NCBI GenBank assembly: GCA_039028615.1
Contig: JBCCHT010000016.1
Coordinates: 96,001 to 160,000, forward strand
Source: Myxococcota bacterium
Lineage (GTDB): Bacteria > Myxococcota_A > Polyangia > Nannocystales > Nannocystaceae
Length of the DNA: 64,000 bases
Reading direction: 5' to 3'
How positions within the stretch are numbered: position 1 is the first letter of the stretch; each line of letters opens with the position of its first letter. Below the pieces are notes generated by a model. The model did no database searches. It had not been told where the DNA came from and saw only the letters and a program-made list of their open reading frames with translations. The position numbers and the translations under genes were made by a program. Shown one piece after another: positions 9,223 to 19,336 of the stretch.

Positions 9223-11232
9223 TTGGGCAGTGAAGGCAGCAAATACGACTCGTTCCGGGGCCGGGCGCCCGCGCTCGCGCAACGCCCCGAGGGTCGTGGT
9301 CGACAATCGAACGTGCGTACGCTGGGCTCGTGGATCGTGGCCGGCCTTGCGGTCGCGATCGGGTACGCGGTGCTCGGGGCCGGCTTCGGGCCGCTCGCGG
9401 CACGAGATCTGGGTGTAGGGGCCCTTCTGCTCGCGTCAGCGCTCGGAGCCGTCGCGATCGCCCGAGCGTATTGTGCGCCGTACCGGGCCGGGTCGTGGTC
9501 GCTGGCTGCGGTTGTCGCACTTGCGCTGGCCCGCGGCCTCTTTGCGGCGGCAAACGACGATCCGCAGCGTTGGCGAGGTCCACGGGGCGCTCCCGCGGGG
9601 CTGCTCACCCTGCGGGTCGAGGGCGCGTCGCATCCGGGTCCGCGCTGCCGGGTGCGAGTGCGCTCGGGCGATGTCGCGCTGTGGATCGATGCGCCTCCCG
9701 AGTCCTGTCCCTTGGCGTCGGGCCAGCTCGTCCGGGTCCCGGCCGCCGCGCTGTGGCGTCACGAAGGGCCGATGCTCCCCGGCGCGCCCGAGCCCGGGGC
9801 CCTGGCGCACTCGCGGGGCGCGGTCGCGCGAGCCACTGTGGGCCGGGTCTGGCTGGCGGGCGGCGAGGCCTCGGCGTACTGGTCGTGGGTCGCCCGTCAG
9901 CGGCAGCGCGCCTGGGAGGCCACGCGGGGTCGCCCCGCCCGCGCCTTCGTGGTCGCCTCCGCGCTCGGGGTCCGCAACGCTCTGTCGCCCCCGACCCGAG
10001 CGCAGGTCCGACGCGCCGGTCTCGGTCACCTCATCGCCGTCAGCGGTCTGCACGTCGGGTTGGCGGCGTGGGCCTTGCTGGTGTTGTCGCAGCGCATCGG
10101 CGGTCGCTTCGGTGGTGCGCACTCGGTCGGCGTGTGTCTGTCGTGGCTTCCGCTCGTGGGCTACGTCCTGCTCACGGGCGCGTCGCCGCCCGCGGTGCGG
10201 GCCGGGCTCATGGCGGTCGGCATGGGTCTGGGTGCGATCTTGGGTCGTCCGCATCACGGGCCCGTGCTGCTCGCCGCGACCTGCGTGGTCATGCTCGTCG
10301 TGCGCCCGGCGTGGATCGGCGATCCCGGGTTTCAGCTCTCGGCCGCGGCCATGGCCACGCTCGTTCGGGCCGCGCCGGGCGAGGGCTTGCTGCGGTCCAC
10401 CTGGCGAGTGACCTGGGTGCTGCTTCCGCTGTCGCTGTGGCATTTCGGCCAGGCGGGGGTCTGGGGGGTGGTGTCCAACCTGGTGGCGGTGCCCGTGTTC
10501 ACCCTGTGGATCTTGCCCCTGGGTCTGGTGGGCTGGGTGTTGGCGCCGTGGCTCGGGTGGGGGGCGTTGATGCCGGCCGAGTGGGGGGCTCGTCTCGTGC
10601 TCGACCTGGCCGCCTTCGTTGCGCGCTGGCCCTCGCCGCCCTCGTGGATGGTGCTGCTCGTGGCCATCGTGGCGCTGTCGGTGGCCGTCCTTGCGGGGCG
10701 CCGCGATGCCCACGGCCAGCTGAGTCCGCGGTGGTCGTGGCTGCCGCCCGCTCCCGTCGCGCTCGCGGTGATCGTCGTGCTGGCGTGGCCGCGCGCCCGC
10801 GAGGTCCCGCCCGATCTTCAATGGTGGGCGGCGGGCAGCCCTCGCGCGCCCGCGGTGGTCACCGTCTCCTCCGAGTCCGATGCACCCGTGGGGTGTGTGC
10901 ATCAGGTCGCGCTGGCGCCCGAGCGCTGGCCGGCCTTGCTCGACGCCACCGGGCTCGACGGCGTCGGGTGGGCCTCGGCATCGGAACCCTTCGCTCCGCA
11001 CGAGCACGCGCTCGTGGCCGCGCTCGAGCCGGTCGGGCGCTGGCGCCCTTCGCCCCGCTGCGGTGAGGCGCCGCCGGTCGAGCGGGTCGAAGCCGGGCTC
11101 GAGGCATGTCGCCGCCGGGCGGGTACCCGCCACGCCATGATGGTGGGCACCGCCCGGGGCCCGCGCTGCTTCGTCGCCGGTCGCTGGGAGCCGGTTTTGC
11201 TAGACTCCTCCGCACTCGAGGTCTCGCCATGA
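9223..11232 (+). CDS. comEC: ComEC/Rec2-family competence membrane protein
   Basis: GLGHLIAVSGLHVG, LTGASPPAVRAGLM, DPGFQLS and SNLVAVP motifs. Start uncertain. Confidence 0.85.
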   Translation: MGSEGSKYDSFRGRAPALAQRPEGRGRQSNVRTLGSWIVAGLAVAIGYAVLGAGFGPLAARDLGVGALLLASALGAVAIARAYCAPYRAGSWSLAAVVALALARGLFAAANDDPQRWRGPRGAPAGLLTLRVEGASHPGPRCRVRVRSGDVALWIDAPPESCPLASGQLVRVPAAALWRHEGPMLPGAPEPGALAHSRGAVARATVGRVWLAGGEASAYWSWVARQRQRAWEATRGRPARAFVVASALGVRNALSPPTRAQVRRAGLGHLIAVSGLHVGLAAWALLVLSQRIGGRFGGAHSVGVCLSWLPLVGYVLLTGASPPAVRAGLMAVGMGLGAILGRPHHGPVLLAATCVVMLVVRPAWIGDPGFQLSAAAMATLVRAAPGEGLLRSTWRVTWVLLPLSLWHFGQAGVWGVVSNLVAVPVFTLWILPLGLVGWVLAPWLGWGALMPAEWGARLVLDLAAFVARWPSPPSWMVLLVAIVALSVAVLAGRRDAHGQLSPRWSWLPPAPVALAVIVVLAWPRAREVPPDLQWWAAGSPRAPAVVTVSSESDAPVGCVHQVALAPERWPALLDATGLDGVGWASASEPFAPHEHALVAALEPVGRWRPSPRCGEAPPVERVEAGLEACRRRAGTRHAMMVGTARGPRCFVAGRWEPVLLDSSALEVSP

Positions 11233-11696
11233 GTACGCCCCCTCCGCAGACGCCCCAGCTGGTGGAGCTCGACGGCCCCAACGCAGGCCGAGTGCATCCC
11301 CTGACGTACGGGTCGCATCAGGTCGGTCGCGGCGGGCGGGTCTCGGTGCGCCTCGACCACGACGACGTCTCCCGCCAGCACGCCAGCATCGAGGTCTCCG
11401 CCCAAGGGATGCTCGTACAAGACGCGGGCAGCAAGAACGGGGTCTGGAGCGACGGTCGGCGCCTCGAGGGGCCCACCATGTTGGTGCACGACGACCGCTT
11501 CTCCCTCGGGGAGCTCAACCTACGGGTCATCCACCCTGCGTCTCAGGTCACACGGGCGCTGGCGGCCGGGGGTGAGAGCACGGTCACCATCAACCGGCCT
11601 CCGCCCGAGCCCCGGCCCGAGCTACGCTCCCTGCTCATTCCCCTGGTCGGCGTCGTGATCTTTGGCACCCTGGTGGTCGTCATGCTCTTGCGCTGA
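11229..11696 (+). CDS. FHA-domain protein with a C-terminal TM
   Basis: VGR...VSRQHA...DAGSKNG FHA signature. ATGA overlap with comEC. Confidence 0.88.
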   Translation: MSTPPPQTPQLVELDGPNAGRVHPLTYGSHQVGRGGRVSVRLDHDDVSRQHASIEVSAQGMLVQDAGSKNGVWSDGRRLEGPTMLVHDDRFSLGELNLRVIHPASQVTRALAAGGESTVTINRPPPEPRPELRSLLIPLVGVVIFGTLVVVMLLR

Positions 11697-11713
11697 CCTC
11701 CCTCGCCTTCATC

Positions 11714-13105
11714 ATGCCTCGCTCCGAGCTCGCCTCTCTTCTCTCCGCGCTCCCCAAGGTCGACCAGGTCCTCGACGATCGAGCCCTGGCCGAGTCCGGG
11801 TGGCGGCGTTCCGTGCAAAAGCGCCTCGTCACCGATGCGCTCGACGACCTGCGTCGCCGCGTCCGCGACGGCGAGCGACCCGCGATGCCCGACGCGCCTG
11901 GCCTCGCCCAGTCCGTGCGCCAGACCCTCGACGGGTGGCTGCGGCCGCGACCACGGCCGGTCATCAACGCGACCGGCGTCCTGCTGCACACCAACCTCGG
12001 TCGCGCCCCGCTCGCTCGGTCCGCCCGCCAGGCCATGGTCGACGCCGCGGGCACCTGCGATCTCGAGGTCGAACTCGACGACGGCAAGCGAGGCTCGCGG
12101 TTCACCGCCATCGGCCCGCTGCTGCGCTCGACCATGGAGGCCGAGGACGCCCACGTGGTCAACAACAATGCCGCCGCGCTGCTGCTGGCGTGCACCGTGC
12201 TCGGCCCGCCCGGCGGGGTCGTGCTCTCGCTCGGCCAGATGGTCGAGATCGGCGACGGCTTCCGCGTCACCACCATGGCCGCGGCGGGGGGCTGCCCGGT
12301 CATCGGGGTCGGCAGCACCAACCGCACTCACCCGCAGGACTACGTGGCGGCGCTGCGCGGCGAGGCCCCCGAGTGCAAGGGCACGCCGGCCTCGGCCATC
12401 TTGTGGGCGCATCGCAGCAACTTCGAGCAGAGCGGCTTCGTCCAAGAGGTCGAGCTGCCGCAGCTCGCCGAGATCGCCCGGGCGCACGGCGTCCCGCTCA
12501 TCGCCGACCTCGGCAGCGGCTCCCTCGGTCCCGGCCTGCCCACCACCGAGCCCACCATCGTCGAGTACATCCAGCAGGGGGCCGACCTCGTGCTGTGCAG
12601 CGGCGACAAGCTCATGGGGGGTCCTCAAGCCGGCATCATCGCGGGCAAAGCCGAGCTGGTGCACCGCTGCCGTCGCCATCCCATGGCGCGTGCGCTGCGA
12701 CCCGACAAGACAGCTTTGGCTGCGCTCTACGCCACGTTCAGCGCCCACGCCCGCGACGGCGCCACCGACTTGCCGCTGCACTGCATGGTCGCGGTGAGCG
12801 TCGAGCAGCTGCGCGAGCGGGCGGCGGCGATGGCCGAGGCGCTCGGCTGGGACCCGGCGGCGGCCATCGTCGACAGCCACGCCACCATCGGCGGCGGCAG
12901 TCTCCCCGGCGACACCATGGCCAGCGTCGCGCTGCGGGTGCCCGGTGAAAAACCTGGGCGAGTGGCCAAGCGCCTGCGGCTGGGCGAGCCCGCGGTGGTG
13001 GGGCGCATCGAAAACGGCGCCGTGCTCATCGACCTACGCACCGTCGATCCCGAAGACGACGGCCCGCTCATCGACGCGCTGCGGGCCCAGTCCAGCAAGG
13101 GCTGA
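11714..13105 (+). CDS. selA: L-seryl-tRNA(Sec) selenium transferase
   Basis: VINATGVLLHTNLGRAPL, VVNNNAAA, EIGDGFR, DLGSG and SGDKLMGGPQAG (PLP lysine). Confidence 0.93.
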   Translation: MPRSELASLLSALPKVDQVLDDRALAESGWRRSVQKRLVTDALDDLRRRVRDGERPAMPDAPGLAQSVRQTLDGWLRPRPRPVINATGVLLHTNLGRAPLARSARQAMVDAAGTCDLEVELDDGKRGSRFTAIGPLLRSTMEAEDAHVVNNNAAALLLACTVLGPPGGVVLSLGQMVEIGDGFRVTTMAAAGGCPVIGVGSTNRTHPQDYVAALRGEAPECKGTPASAILWAHRSNFEQSGFVQEVELPQLAEIARAHGVPLIADLGSGSLGPGLPTTEPTIVEYIQQGADLVLCSGDKLMGGPQAGIIAGKAELVHRCRRHPMARALRPDKTALAALYATFSAHARDGATDLPLHCMVAVSVEQLRERAAAMAEALGWDPAAAIVDSHATIGGGSLPGDTMASVALRVPGEKPGRVAKRLRLGEPAVVGRIENGAVLIDLRTVDPEDDGPLIDALRAQSSKG

Positions 13106-13119
13106 TGCGCCTGCGCGGC

Positions 13120-14592
13120 TCAGCGCAAGGCGAGGACACCATCACGGTACCCGGCCCCGTCGAGTTGGGGGGCAGCGTCGTCCGAGCGCAGGGCCTCGAG
13201 CGCGGTCTCGAGGGTGGGGTCGCGACCGGCGATCGTATCGGCGAGGCGCTCGTCGACGCGTAGGTGGGGCTCGACGGGGCCGGGCTGGCGAGGGTCTCCG
13301 CTGGCGCGCAAGAACGCCGCGCTGGAGATGGTCGCGGTGAGACCCGAGTGGGGCATCGCATAGGTATAGATCTCACCGAAGTAGGTCGGAGGAGACGAGG
13401 TGGGCTCACCGACGAGGAGGCCGAGCTCGTACTCGTGGATGGCATCGGCGAGCATCATCGCGGCCGACAGCGTGCCCGGGCCGATCAGGAAGGCCACGGG
13501 ACCATCGAAGCGATGCCGTGCCTTCGCCGGGGGCGTGGGCTGGATCTGCTGCAACAGGTCGTCACCGATCTCCGCGTCGAAGTATGCGCTCGAAGCGGGG
13601 CCGAGCTCCCGCAGGTGCTCGCGCATCGGCTCCGAGACCTTCCAGTGCTTCATCGCGAGCATCCGGTAGGGCCGCTGGGTGATATGGCCAAGCAGGGCGT
13701 CGGCCACGATCGTGCTCCCGCCGTCGTTGTTGCGAAGATCGACGACGAGGCCGCGGACCGGCTGACGCTCCAGCCATTCGAAGTGCTCGTCGAAGGCATC
13801 GAGGAGCGTGCGGCCATACTCGGCGGCAAAGGTCCGTACCGTGAGCACGGCGATCGACCCCGGCATCATGTGGAGCTCCATCGCGGCCATCTTTGGCGGG
13901 GGATTGTCGCTGAGACCAAGGTGAGCGCGGACCACGTCGCCGTTGGGGGTCGTGCCTTCGATGGACCACGGCGAGCCCAACCCGAGGGCGAGGCCGAGGG
14001 CAGGCAGAGCGCGTGGGACCCCGCGATCGAGCCCGACCTGGGTCTCGGCGCTGACCAGTCGGCGAGCCCACGGGACGATCTTGCTCGACGGATAACGCCC
14101 GACGCGCTGGAGGCACGAGCCGGCCGGGAGGTCCCCGACGGGGGAGGTCAGGCACAGCTCACCGTCTTCGACGAGCAGCGGGAGGCGAATCGACGCGAGT
14201 TCTTCGGGGTGGAGCAGCGTGGTGTGCGAGTCTCCGAGCCTGGCCGCGAGGCCTGCGGCCATCACGTAGAAGACGGAGCGGCTCATCGATGCGGGGAAGT
14301 GCCCGATGGCTTCGTCGATCTCCGCGCTCAGCTCGTCCTTCGTCAGCCGGCGCTCGGGATCGGGGTGGACTTCGTAGAGCCGTCGTTGCCAGTCGAAGAG
14401 GTCCTCCGCCGCTTGTTCCTTCGTCAGCCGCTGTGGCGGGGTCGCGGGGCGCCGAGGCTGCTCGCGTGTCGCGGATACCGTCGACGGCGTGGCTGAGCTC
14501 GCATCGCTTGGTTCACCCATCGCGAGCACGCCGAGCACGATCGCAACGCTCATCGAGATCAACGCCGTGGTTTTGGCCAGGAGCAGCGGCAC
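13120..14592 (-). CDS. S41-family peptidase, exported
   Basis: GLVVDLRNNDGG, TLSAA, LVGEPT and N-terminal hydrophobic signal. Confidence 0.85.
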   Translation of the reverse strand: MPLLLAKTTALISMSVAIVLGVLAMGEPSDASSATPSTVSATREQPRRPATPPQRLTKEQAAEDLFDWQRRLYEVHPDPERRLTKDELSAEIDEAIGHFPASMSRSVFYVMAAGLAARLGDSHTTLLHPEELASIRLPLLVEDGELCLTSPVGDLPAGSCLQRVGRYPSSKIVPWARRLVSAETQVGLDRGVPRALPALGLALGLGSPWSIEGTTPNGDVVRAHLGLSDNPPPKMAAMELHMMPGSIAVLTVRTFAAEYGRTLLDAFDEHFEWLERQPVRGLVVDLRNNDGGSTIVADALLGHITQRPYRMLAMKHWKVSEPMREHLRELGPASSAYFDAEIGDDLLQQIQPTPPAKARHRFDGPVAFLIGPGTLSAAMMLADAIHEYELGLLVGEPTSSPPTYFGEIYTYAMPHSGLTATISSAAFLRASGDPRQPGPVEPHLRVDERLADTIAGRDPTLETALEALRSDDAAPQLDGAGYRDGVLALR

Positions 14593-14621
14593 GCATTCTC
14601 GGGTAGCATGGCGAATCTTAA

Positions 14622-14640
14622 ATTGAAAATGCTATTCAAT
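14622..14640. promoter_or_regulatory. Fur-family-like box 1
   Basis: ATTGAAAATGCTATTCAAT, a 9-1-9 imperfect palindrome in an AT-rich divergent spacer. Confidence 0.65.
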
Positions 14641-14717
14641 ATCAAAAATGAACGATCGCCCGATTTAATGAACGATTTTTATGATTTGGACCGATGAGCG
14701 GAAAATCAAATGTTGAT

Positions 14718-14736
14718 AGTGAAAATTAAAATCAAT
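14718..14736. promoter_or_regulatory. Fur-family-like box 2
   Basis: AGTGAAAATTAAAATCAAT, just upstream of the operon leading to sodN. Confidence 0.55.
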
Positions 14737-14757
14737 AAATGATAGGGTCCCTCCCAC

Positions 14758-15180
14758 ATGATGGCCACGGGCTCCCATGAGGCCAGCTGGAGCGGCTCGT
14801 TCGAACGAGAGACCTTTACCGTCGCGTTGGCCGACTTCGTGCGGGACATGGTCCCCGCCTTGCTGGAACGACCGCGGGTTCGCGATCGCTACTCGGCGTC
14901 GGAGTCGGAGCGCGTCTTGGCGGAGTTCGAGTTCGAGCGGTGGGGGCAGCTCGCGGTGTTGGCCGTCGGCGCCCGCGATCGCTTCGTTCTGTACGCGAAG
15001 CACGACGAATTCGAGCTGGTCACGCAAGTGGCGTTCGGCGAAGACCTCGTCTTCGACGCGCTGCGTATTGCGACCTTCCGTGGCGATCTGACGACCGCAC
15101 TGCTGTGGTGCCGCGCGTTGCGGGAAACGGTCGGACCTCGAGATCAGCGCCACCCGCGGTGGGCGGCGCATTTGCACTGA
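14758..15180 (+). CDS. Hypothetical protein
   Basis: 140-aa ORF with normal codon bias. First gene after the AT-rich promoter region. Confidence 0.6.
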   Translation: MMATGSHEASWSGSFERETFTVALADFVRDMVPALLERPRVRDRYSASESERVLAEFEFERWGQLAVLAVGARDRFVLYAKHDEFELVTQVAFGEDLVFDALRIATFRGDLTTALLWCRALRETVGPRDQRHPRWAAHLH

Positions 15181-15199
15181 ACCAACGGAGACACGATCC

Positions 15200-15382
15200 A
15201 TGTCCCTAGTCACTCAATTGTTGGCCGCACATCCGGCCCCGCTTCCCCACGAACACGGCGAGATCCCCTGGATGGCCCTCGCAGTCATGGGCCTCATCGG
15301 CCTGGCGGCGGGTGTCATCCTCGCCCGCCGATCCCGGAGCGCACTGCAGGCTCGCAACGGCGACATCCAGGACGCGGCCTGA
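15200..15382 (+). CDS. Small single-TM protein with His-containing N-terminus
   Basis: GGAG RBS. HPAPLPHEHGE precedes a TM helix. Ends 2 nt before sodN. Confidence 0.55.
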   Translation: MSLVTQLLAAHPAPLPHEHGEIPWMALAVMGLIGLAAGVILARRSRSALQARNGDIQDAA

Positions 15383-15384
15383 TC

Positions 15385-15825
15385 ATGACGCTCACGGCTA
15401 GCGCGCACTGCGATGGACCCTGCGGCATCTACGACCCGGCCTCGGCTCGGGTTGCGGCCGAGGCCGTGCTGTCGATGACCCGAAAGCTGCTCGAGCTCAC
15501 TCCGCCCGCCAAGGGGCTGGAGGATCCCGCGTATGCGTCCTACCTCAACACCTTCAGCCGCTACGTGTCGATCAAGGAGAGCCAAGCCGAGCTGACCAAG
15601 CACGAGCTGCTCGTCCTGTGGACCGACTACTTCAAGCCGAAGCACCTCGAGGCGAACCCCGAGATCCACGAGCTGTTCTGGACGGCCGCGAAGTTGTGCT
15701 CCGCGTGCAAGCAAGAGGTGAACGGCGACAAGGCGACCGAACTGCTCGCCAAGATCCAGAGCATCCACGAGCTGTTCTGGAAGACCAAGGGACGTGACGT
15801 GCCTTGGATCAAGGCCGGCGGTTGA
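15385..15825 (+). CDS. sodN: Nickel superoxide dismutase
   Basis: Ni-hook HCDGPCGIYDP after a short leader (MTLTASA). LWTDYFK and CSACKQ also present. Confidence 0.97.
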   Translation: MTLTASAHCDGPCGIYDPASARVAAEAVLSMTRKLLELTPPAKGLEDPAYASYLNTFSRYVSIKESQAELTKHELLVLWTDYFKPKHLEANPEIHELFWTAAKLCSACKQEVNGDKATELLAKIQSIHELFWKTKGRDVPWIKAGG

Positions 15826-16187
15826 TTCCCGAGGCCGGCTCCGACGGTTCCTTCACCGTGAAGGTGGAGGGATCGTCGATGTGGCCTGCCATCGAGCACG
15901 GCGCGCTCCTCCACGTGGTGGAAGGGGCGCAGTGCCGTGCGCTGGGCCATCCATGGCCGCCCACGCCTGGTGCTCTCGTCGTCGCCCATCACCCCTTTCG
16001 GCGCCGCCTCATCGTCAAGCGGGTCGCCGCTCGCGACGGGGAGCGGTTCGTGCTGCGTGGTGATGCCCCGGTCGAGAGCGAGGACTCGGGCACCCTGGGG
16101 GCCTTCACCGTCGATGCGCTGGTCGGCTTGGTGGTGAAGGTCGAGCCTCCATCAGCGAACCCGACGGCGGAGCACGAGCAGCGATAG
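15822..16187 (+). CDS. sodX: Ni-SOD maturation protease (S26-like)
   Basis: VEGSSMWP (Ser), LIVKRV (Lys), LRGD...SEDS. Follows sodN directly. Start is TTG 15822 or 15804. Confidence 0.88.
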   Translation: MIPEAGSDGSFTVKVEGSSMWPAIEHGALLHVVEGAQCRALGHPWPPTPGALVVAHHPFRRRLIVKRVAARDGERFVLRGDAPVESEDSGTLGAFTVDALVGLVVKVEPPSANPTAEHEQR

Positions 16188-17690
16188 CAGCGAGGCCACG
16201 GGCCATGGCTCGGGGCCGCCGTCGGACGGGGAGGTCCGGCAGGCGCATCCCGAGCCTCCTTCGTCGTCCATGCCCGCGGAGCTCGTCGAGCCCGTCGTTG
16301 CCTCGTCCGAGTCCCCGGTGGTGGTCGTGTCGTCCGCTGGACCGTCGCCGCTGCCCGAGTCCGCCTCGGGTTCCTCGGGGATGGGGTCGATCTCGCAGGC
16401 CTCGACGTGCTCGAGCGGTCCCACGCAGACCCGAGCTCGGGTGGAGCTGTCGGCGACGACGGGGCGGCTGACGACGATCCAGTAGCCGCCCTCGGGTAGG
16501 TCTCCGGGGCCGACGGTGTGATGCCCGGCTTCGCTCGCCTCCCACTCGTCGATCGCGTCTCCGACCACGCCGTCCGCCGCGAAGTCGGCCACCGGGTGCA
16601 GGGAGAACACGGCGTGATCGAGGGCTTCGTCGGCACCGAATACGAGCGGGCCACCCTCGTGATCGATGCGCCAGTACTCGGTGCTCAGGGGAAAGAGCCG
16701 AAGGGAGCGATCGATGACCGGGCCTTCGACGATCGCGTCGATGCCCGGCAGCTGCGCCGCGTACTCGTGCGAGGTGGCCACGCCCGATCGTGGCCCGATG
16801 GCGAGGTTGAAGCGGGAGAAGACCGGCCACGCGTCGAGCAGCGGATCGCCCGAGTCTTCGAGCACGGTGGCCATGACCTGCTCGGGGGCGTCGTCGCTGT
16901 CGGCGAGCGCGACGAACAGGTCGATGAAGAAACCCTCGTCCAGGCGCTGATCGACGAAGTCCCACCACAGCGCGGAGCCGTAGGCGAAAGAGGGGACGGG
17001 ACCCAGCGGGGGTTCGTAGAGCGTGCGGTTGGGATTGATGAGGTAGCCCGCACACGCGTTGACGAAGTCGGGCAGGGTCGAGTCGTAGCGACGCGTGGCC
17101 CAGGTCGCGGTGCCTTCGCTGATCCAAACGGGAAGCCCGACATAGGCCGCCTGCACCGCATGGAACAGCTCGTGGGACGCCACGATTCGGACCGCGACCT
17201 CCGTGCTCGGGTAGCCATAGCCCGAAAAATCGTTCTCGAGCACGATGAAGCCCGAGCAAGGAAGGTTCGAGGGGGCGCAGTCGTCGGAGCCGTAGCGGCC
17301 ATCCGCGGCGCCCCCGAAGTCGACGAGGTACACGTCGATCGCCGCGTCGCCGCCGAGGTCCGGGTCGTCGGCCTCGGCGGTAGGCGCATCGAACCCGAAG
17401 TCGTCGACGTACAGGCCCAGCGCGTCGGCCGTGGTCGTGGCGACCAGCTGGGCGTAGTCGGGCACCATGTCGCCGTCGTTCGAGCTCAGCGGCGCCGAGT
17501 TGGGTCCTTCGACGCTGTAGTGCACGCGGACCTGCCCGGTCGGCTCGGCCCACGACTCGATGACGTCGGCGGGGTCGAAGCCCCAGATCCCTCCCGCGGG
17601 AGGCCGTGGTTCCGCCCTCGCGACACTCGGCCCCAGCCATGCCGCCAGCGAGAGTCCGCAGGCGAGGGTAGGGCGAGAGCGCAAGCGCAT
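16152..17690 (-). CDS. MXAN_6640-family putative metalloprotease with MYXO-CTERM
   Basis: HELFHAVQAAY..WISEGTATW zincin motif. C-terminal GSGCAC...LLSLLVLRRRVR sorting signal. Confidence 0.82.
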   Translation of the reverse strand: MRLRSRPTLACGLSLAAWLGPSVARAEPRPPAGGIWGFDPADVIESWAEPTGQVRVHYSVEGPNSAPLSSNDGDMVPDYAQLVATTTADALGLYVDDFGFDAPTAEADDPDLGGDAAIDVYLVDFGGAADGRYGSDDCAPSNLPCSGFIVLENDFSGYGYPSTEVAVRIVASHELFHAVQAAYVGLPVWISEGTATWATRRYDSTLPDFVNACAGYLINPNRTLYEPPLGPVPSFAYGSALWWDFVDQRLDEGFFIDLFVALADSDDAPEQVMATVLEDSGDPLLDAWPVFSRFNLAIGPRSGVATSHEYAAQLPGIDAIVEGPVIDRSLRLFPLSTEYWRIDHEGGPLVFGADEALDHAVFSLHPVADFAADGVVGDAIDEWEASEAGHHTVGPGDLPEGGYWIVVSRPVVADSSTRARVCVGPLEHVEACEIDPIPEEPEADSGSGDGPADDTTTTGDSDEATTGSTSSAGMDDEGGSGCACRTSPSDGGPEPWPVASLLSLLVLRRRVR

Positions 17691-17696
17691 GAGGAT

Positions 17697-17715
17697 ATTG
17701 AAAATCATTATCGAC
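17697..17715. promoter_or_regulatory. Fur-family-like box 3
   Basis: ATTGAAAATCATTATCGAC, close to the canonical Fur box, just before the metalloprotease ATG. Confidence 0.7.
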
Positions 17716-19336
17716 TATTGTCAAGCGCGGACGTGGACGGCGTGGTCTTCAGCAGGCGTTCGACCTCGGCTGCGATCGCGTCGCCCTCCTCGGGCGTATA
17801 GCCGGCGTGGGTCGCGACGATGTTGCCCTGTGGTCCGACGATGAACGTAGTCGGCATCTTGGCCGGCTGCCAGCTGTCGGCGTGCCGTTGTTCGGTGTCG
17901 ACGATGATGGGGAACCCGACGCCGTGGCTTTCGACGAACTCCCGGGCGTCGCTTTGTTCCTCGTCCATGGAGACGCCGAGCACCACCAGGCCCTGGGCTC
18001 CGAGGCGCTCGTGCAGCTCTTGGAGCCGGGGCATGGCTTCGCGGCACGGACCGCACCACGATGCCCAAAAATCGACGACGACCACCTTGCCGCGGAGCTC
18101 GGCCAGGTTCAACGCGGTGCCGTCGAGGGTGACGCCTTCGAGTGGTGGAGCAGGGGCGAGCTTCTCTGGCTCTTGCTGCGTCGGTTCCGGGGGCGGCGGT
18201 GCGGCGGCGCGGGGCGGCCGTCGTCGGGCCTCCTCGGGTCCGCGGGCTCGGGGTCCGCGGATGGACAGGCCCACCGTCAACACGCGGAGACTGTCGTCCA
18301 CCGCGGCCGACCACCACGCCCCGCGTTCCGTGTAGCGCAGCGTGGCCCAGACCCCGCGACCGAGCCGAAGGTGCGCGCGTGCATCCAATGAAACGGCGAC
18401 GCCGAGGGTGTCGAGGCCGACCTGTCGGGCGTAGGGGTCGGGCACGACCAGCGCCAGTCCGGGGGCGATTCCGACGACGGCTCGATCGTCGCCCAGGTGC
18501 AGCACCAGGGGCGCTCGCACGCCGGCCGAGCCCACGCCGCGATTGCGTCCCACGCCCGAAGAGCCGCCGCCGAGGGCGGAGAAGCGCCCCATCACGCCGC
18601 CGCCGATCCACACGCGCACGGGCGTGTCGGGACCGACGCGGGTCATCGCGTCCAGGGCGAGGTCGAGCACCTGGCTGCGGATGGGTCGAGTGCGTTCGAA
18701 GCCGGGGCCACGCTCGACGACCCGGGCGGAGATGGTGCTCGCGTAGGTCATGGGCATGGCGAACGCGACGTCTCGCCGCCACCGTCGCTCGATCCACGGG
18801 GTCGCCCAGAGCTCGGCCGCCAGCCCCGGTCGCACGTCGAGCGACACCGGGCCCTCGGTCCACGCCGGACGTCGCATGCCGAGGCCCAAGCCCGCGCCGA
18901 CACGAAGCTCGAATCGACCCGGAGTGCGCGAGGGCGTCGAGGCGGGCTCGGGGGGCGTCGTCGATGAGCTCGGGGCGCGGTCGGTCGTGTCGGCGGACGG
19001 TGACTCGGCGTCGGGGCTCGAGCTGGCCTCGGTCTTTTCTGGCGCGGAGGCGTCGTCGTTCGAGTCGGGCTTGGATGGCTCGGAGTCGGGGTCGATCGTC
19101 TCCTGCTCGGAGGCTTCGCTCGACGATTCGTCGTCGTCCGAGTCGGGCTTCGACGCCTCGGAGTCGGGGTCGGCCGTCCGCGAGTCGGAGGCGTTGCTCG
19201 ACGGCTCGTCGTCGCCCGCTTCGGGCTCGAGGGTCTCGGAGTCGGTCTCCGTGGACTCGTCGCCATTGGGGGGCGGCTCGTCCGCGGATGGTGACATGGC
19301 GACCAACCACGCGCTGGCCGTCAGTCGAGCGATCAC
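17708..19336 (-). CDS. Exported protein: acidic linker, beta-rich domain and C-terminal TlpA-like redoxin
   Basis: VVVDFWASWCGPC and MPTTFIVGPQG at the C-terminus. GTG 19336 overlaps the DUF3570 stop. Confidence 0.8.
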   Translation of the reverse strand: MIARLTASAWLVAMSPSADEPPPNGDESTETDSETLEPEAGDDEPSSNASDSRTADPDSEASKPDSDDDESSSEASEQETIDPDSEPSKPDSNDDASAPEKTEASSSPDAESPSADTTDRAPSSSTTPPEPASTPSRTPGRFELRVGAGLGLGMRRPAWTEGPVSLDVRPGLAAELWATPWIERRWRRDVAFAMPMTYASTISARVVERGPGFERTRPIRSQVLDLALDAMTRVGPDTPVRVWIGGGVMGRFSALGGGSSGVGRNRGVGSAGVRAPLVLHLGDDRAVVGIAPGLALVVPDPYARQVGLDTLGVAVSLDARAHLRLGRGVWATLRYTERGAWWSAAVDDSLRVLTVGLSIRGPRARGPEEARRRPPRAAAPPPPEPTQQEPEKLAPAPPLEGVTLDGTALNLAELRGKVVVVDFWASWCGPCREAMPRLQELHERLGAQGLVVLGVSMDEEQSDAREFVESHGVGFPIIVDTEQRHADSWQPAKMPTTFIVGPQGNIVATHAGYTPEEGDAIAAEVERLLKTTPSTSALDNSR

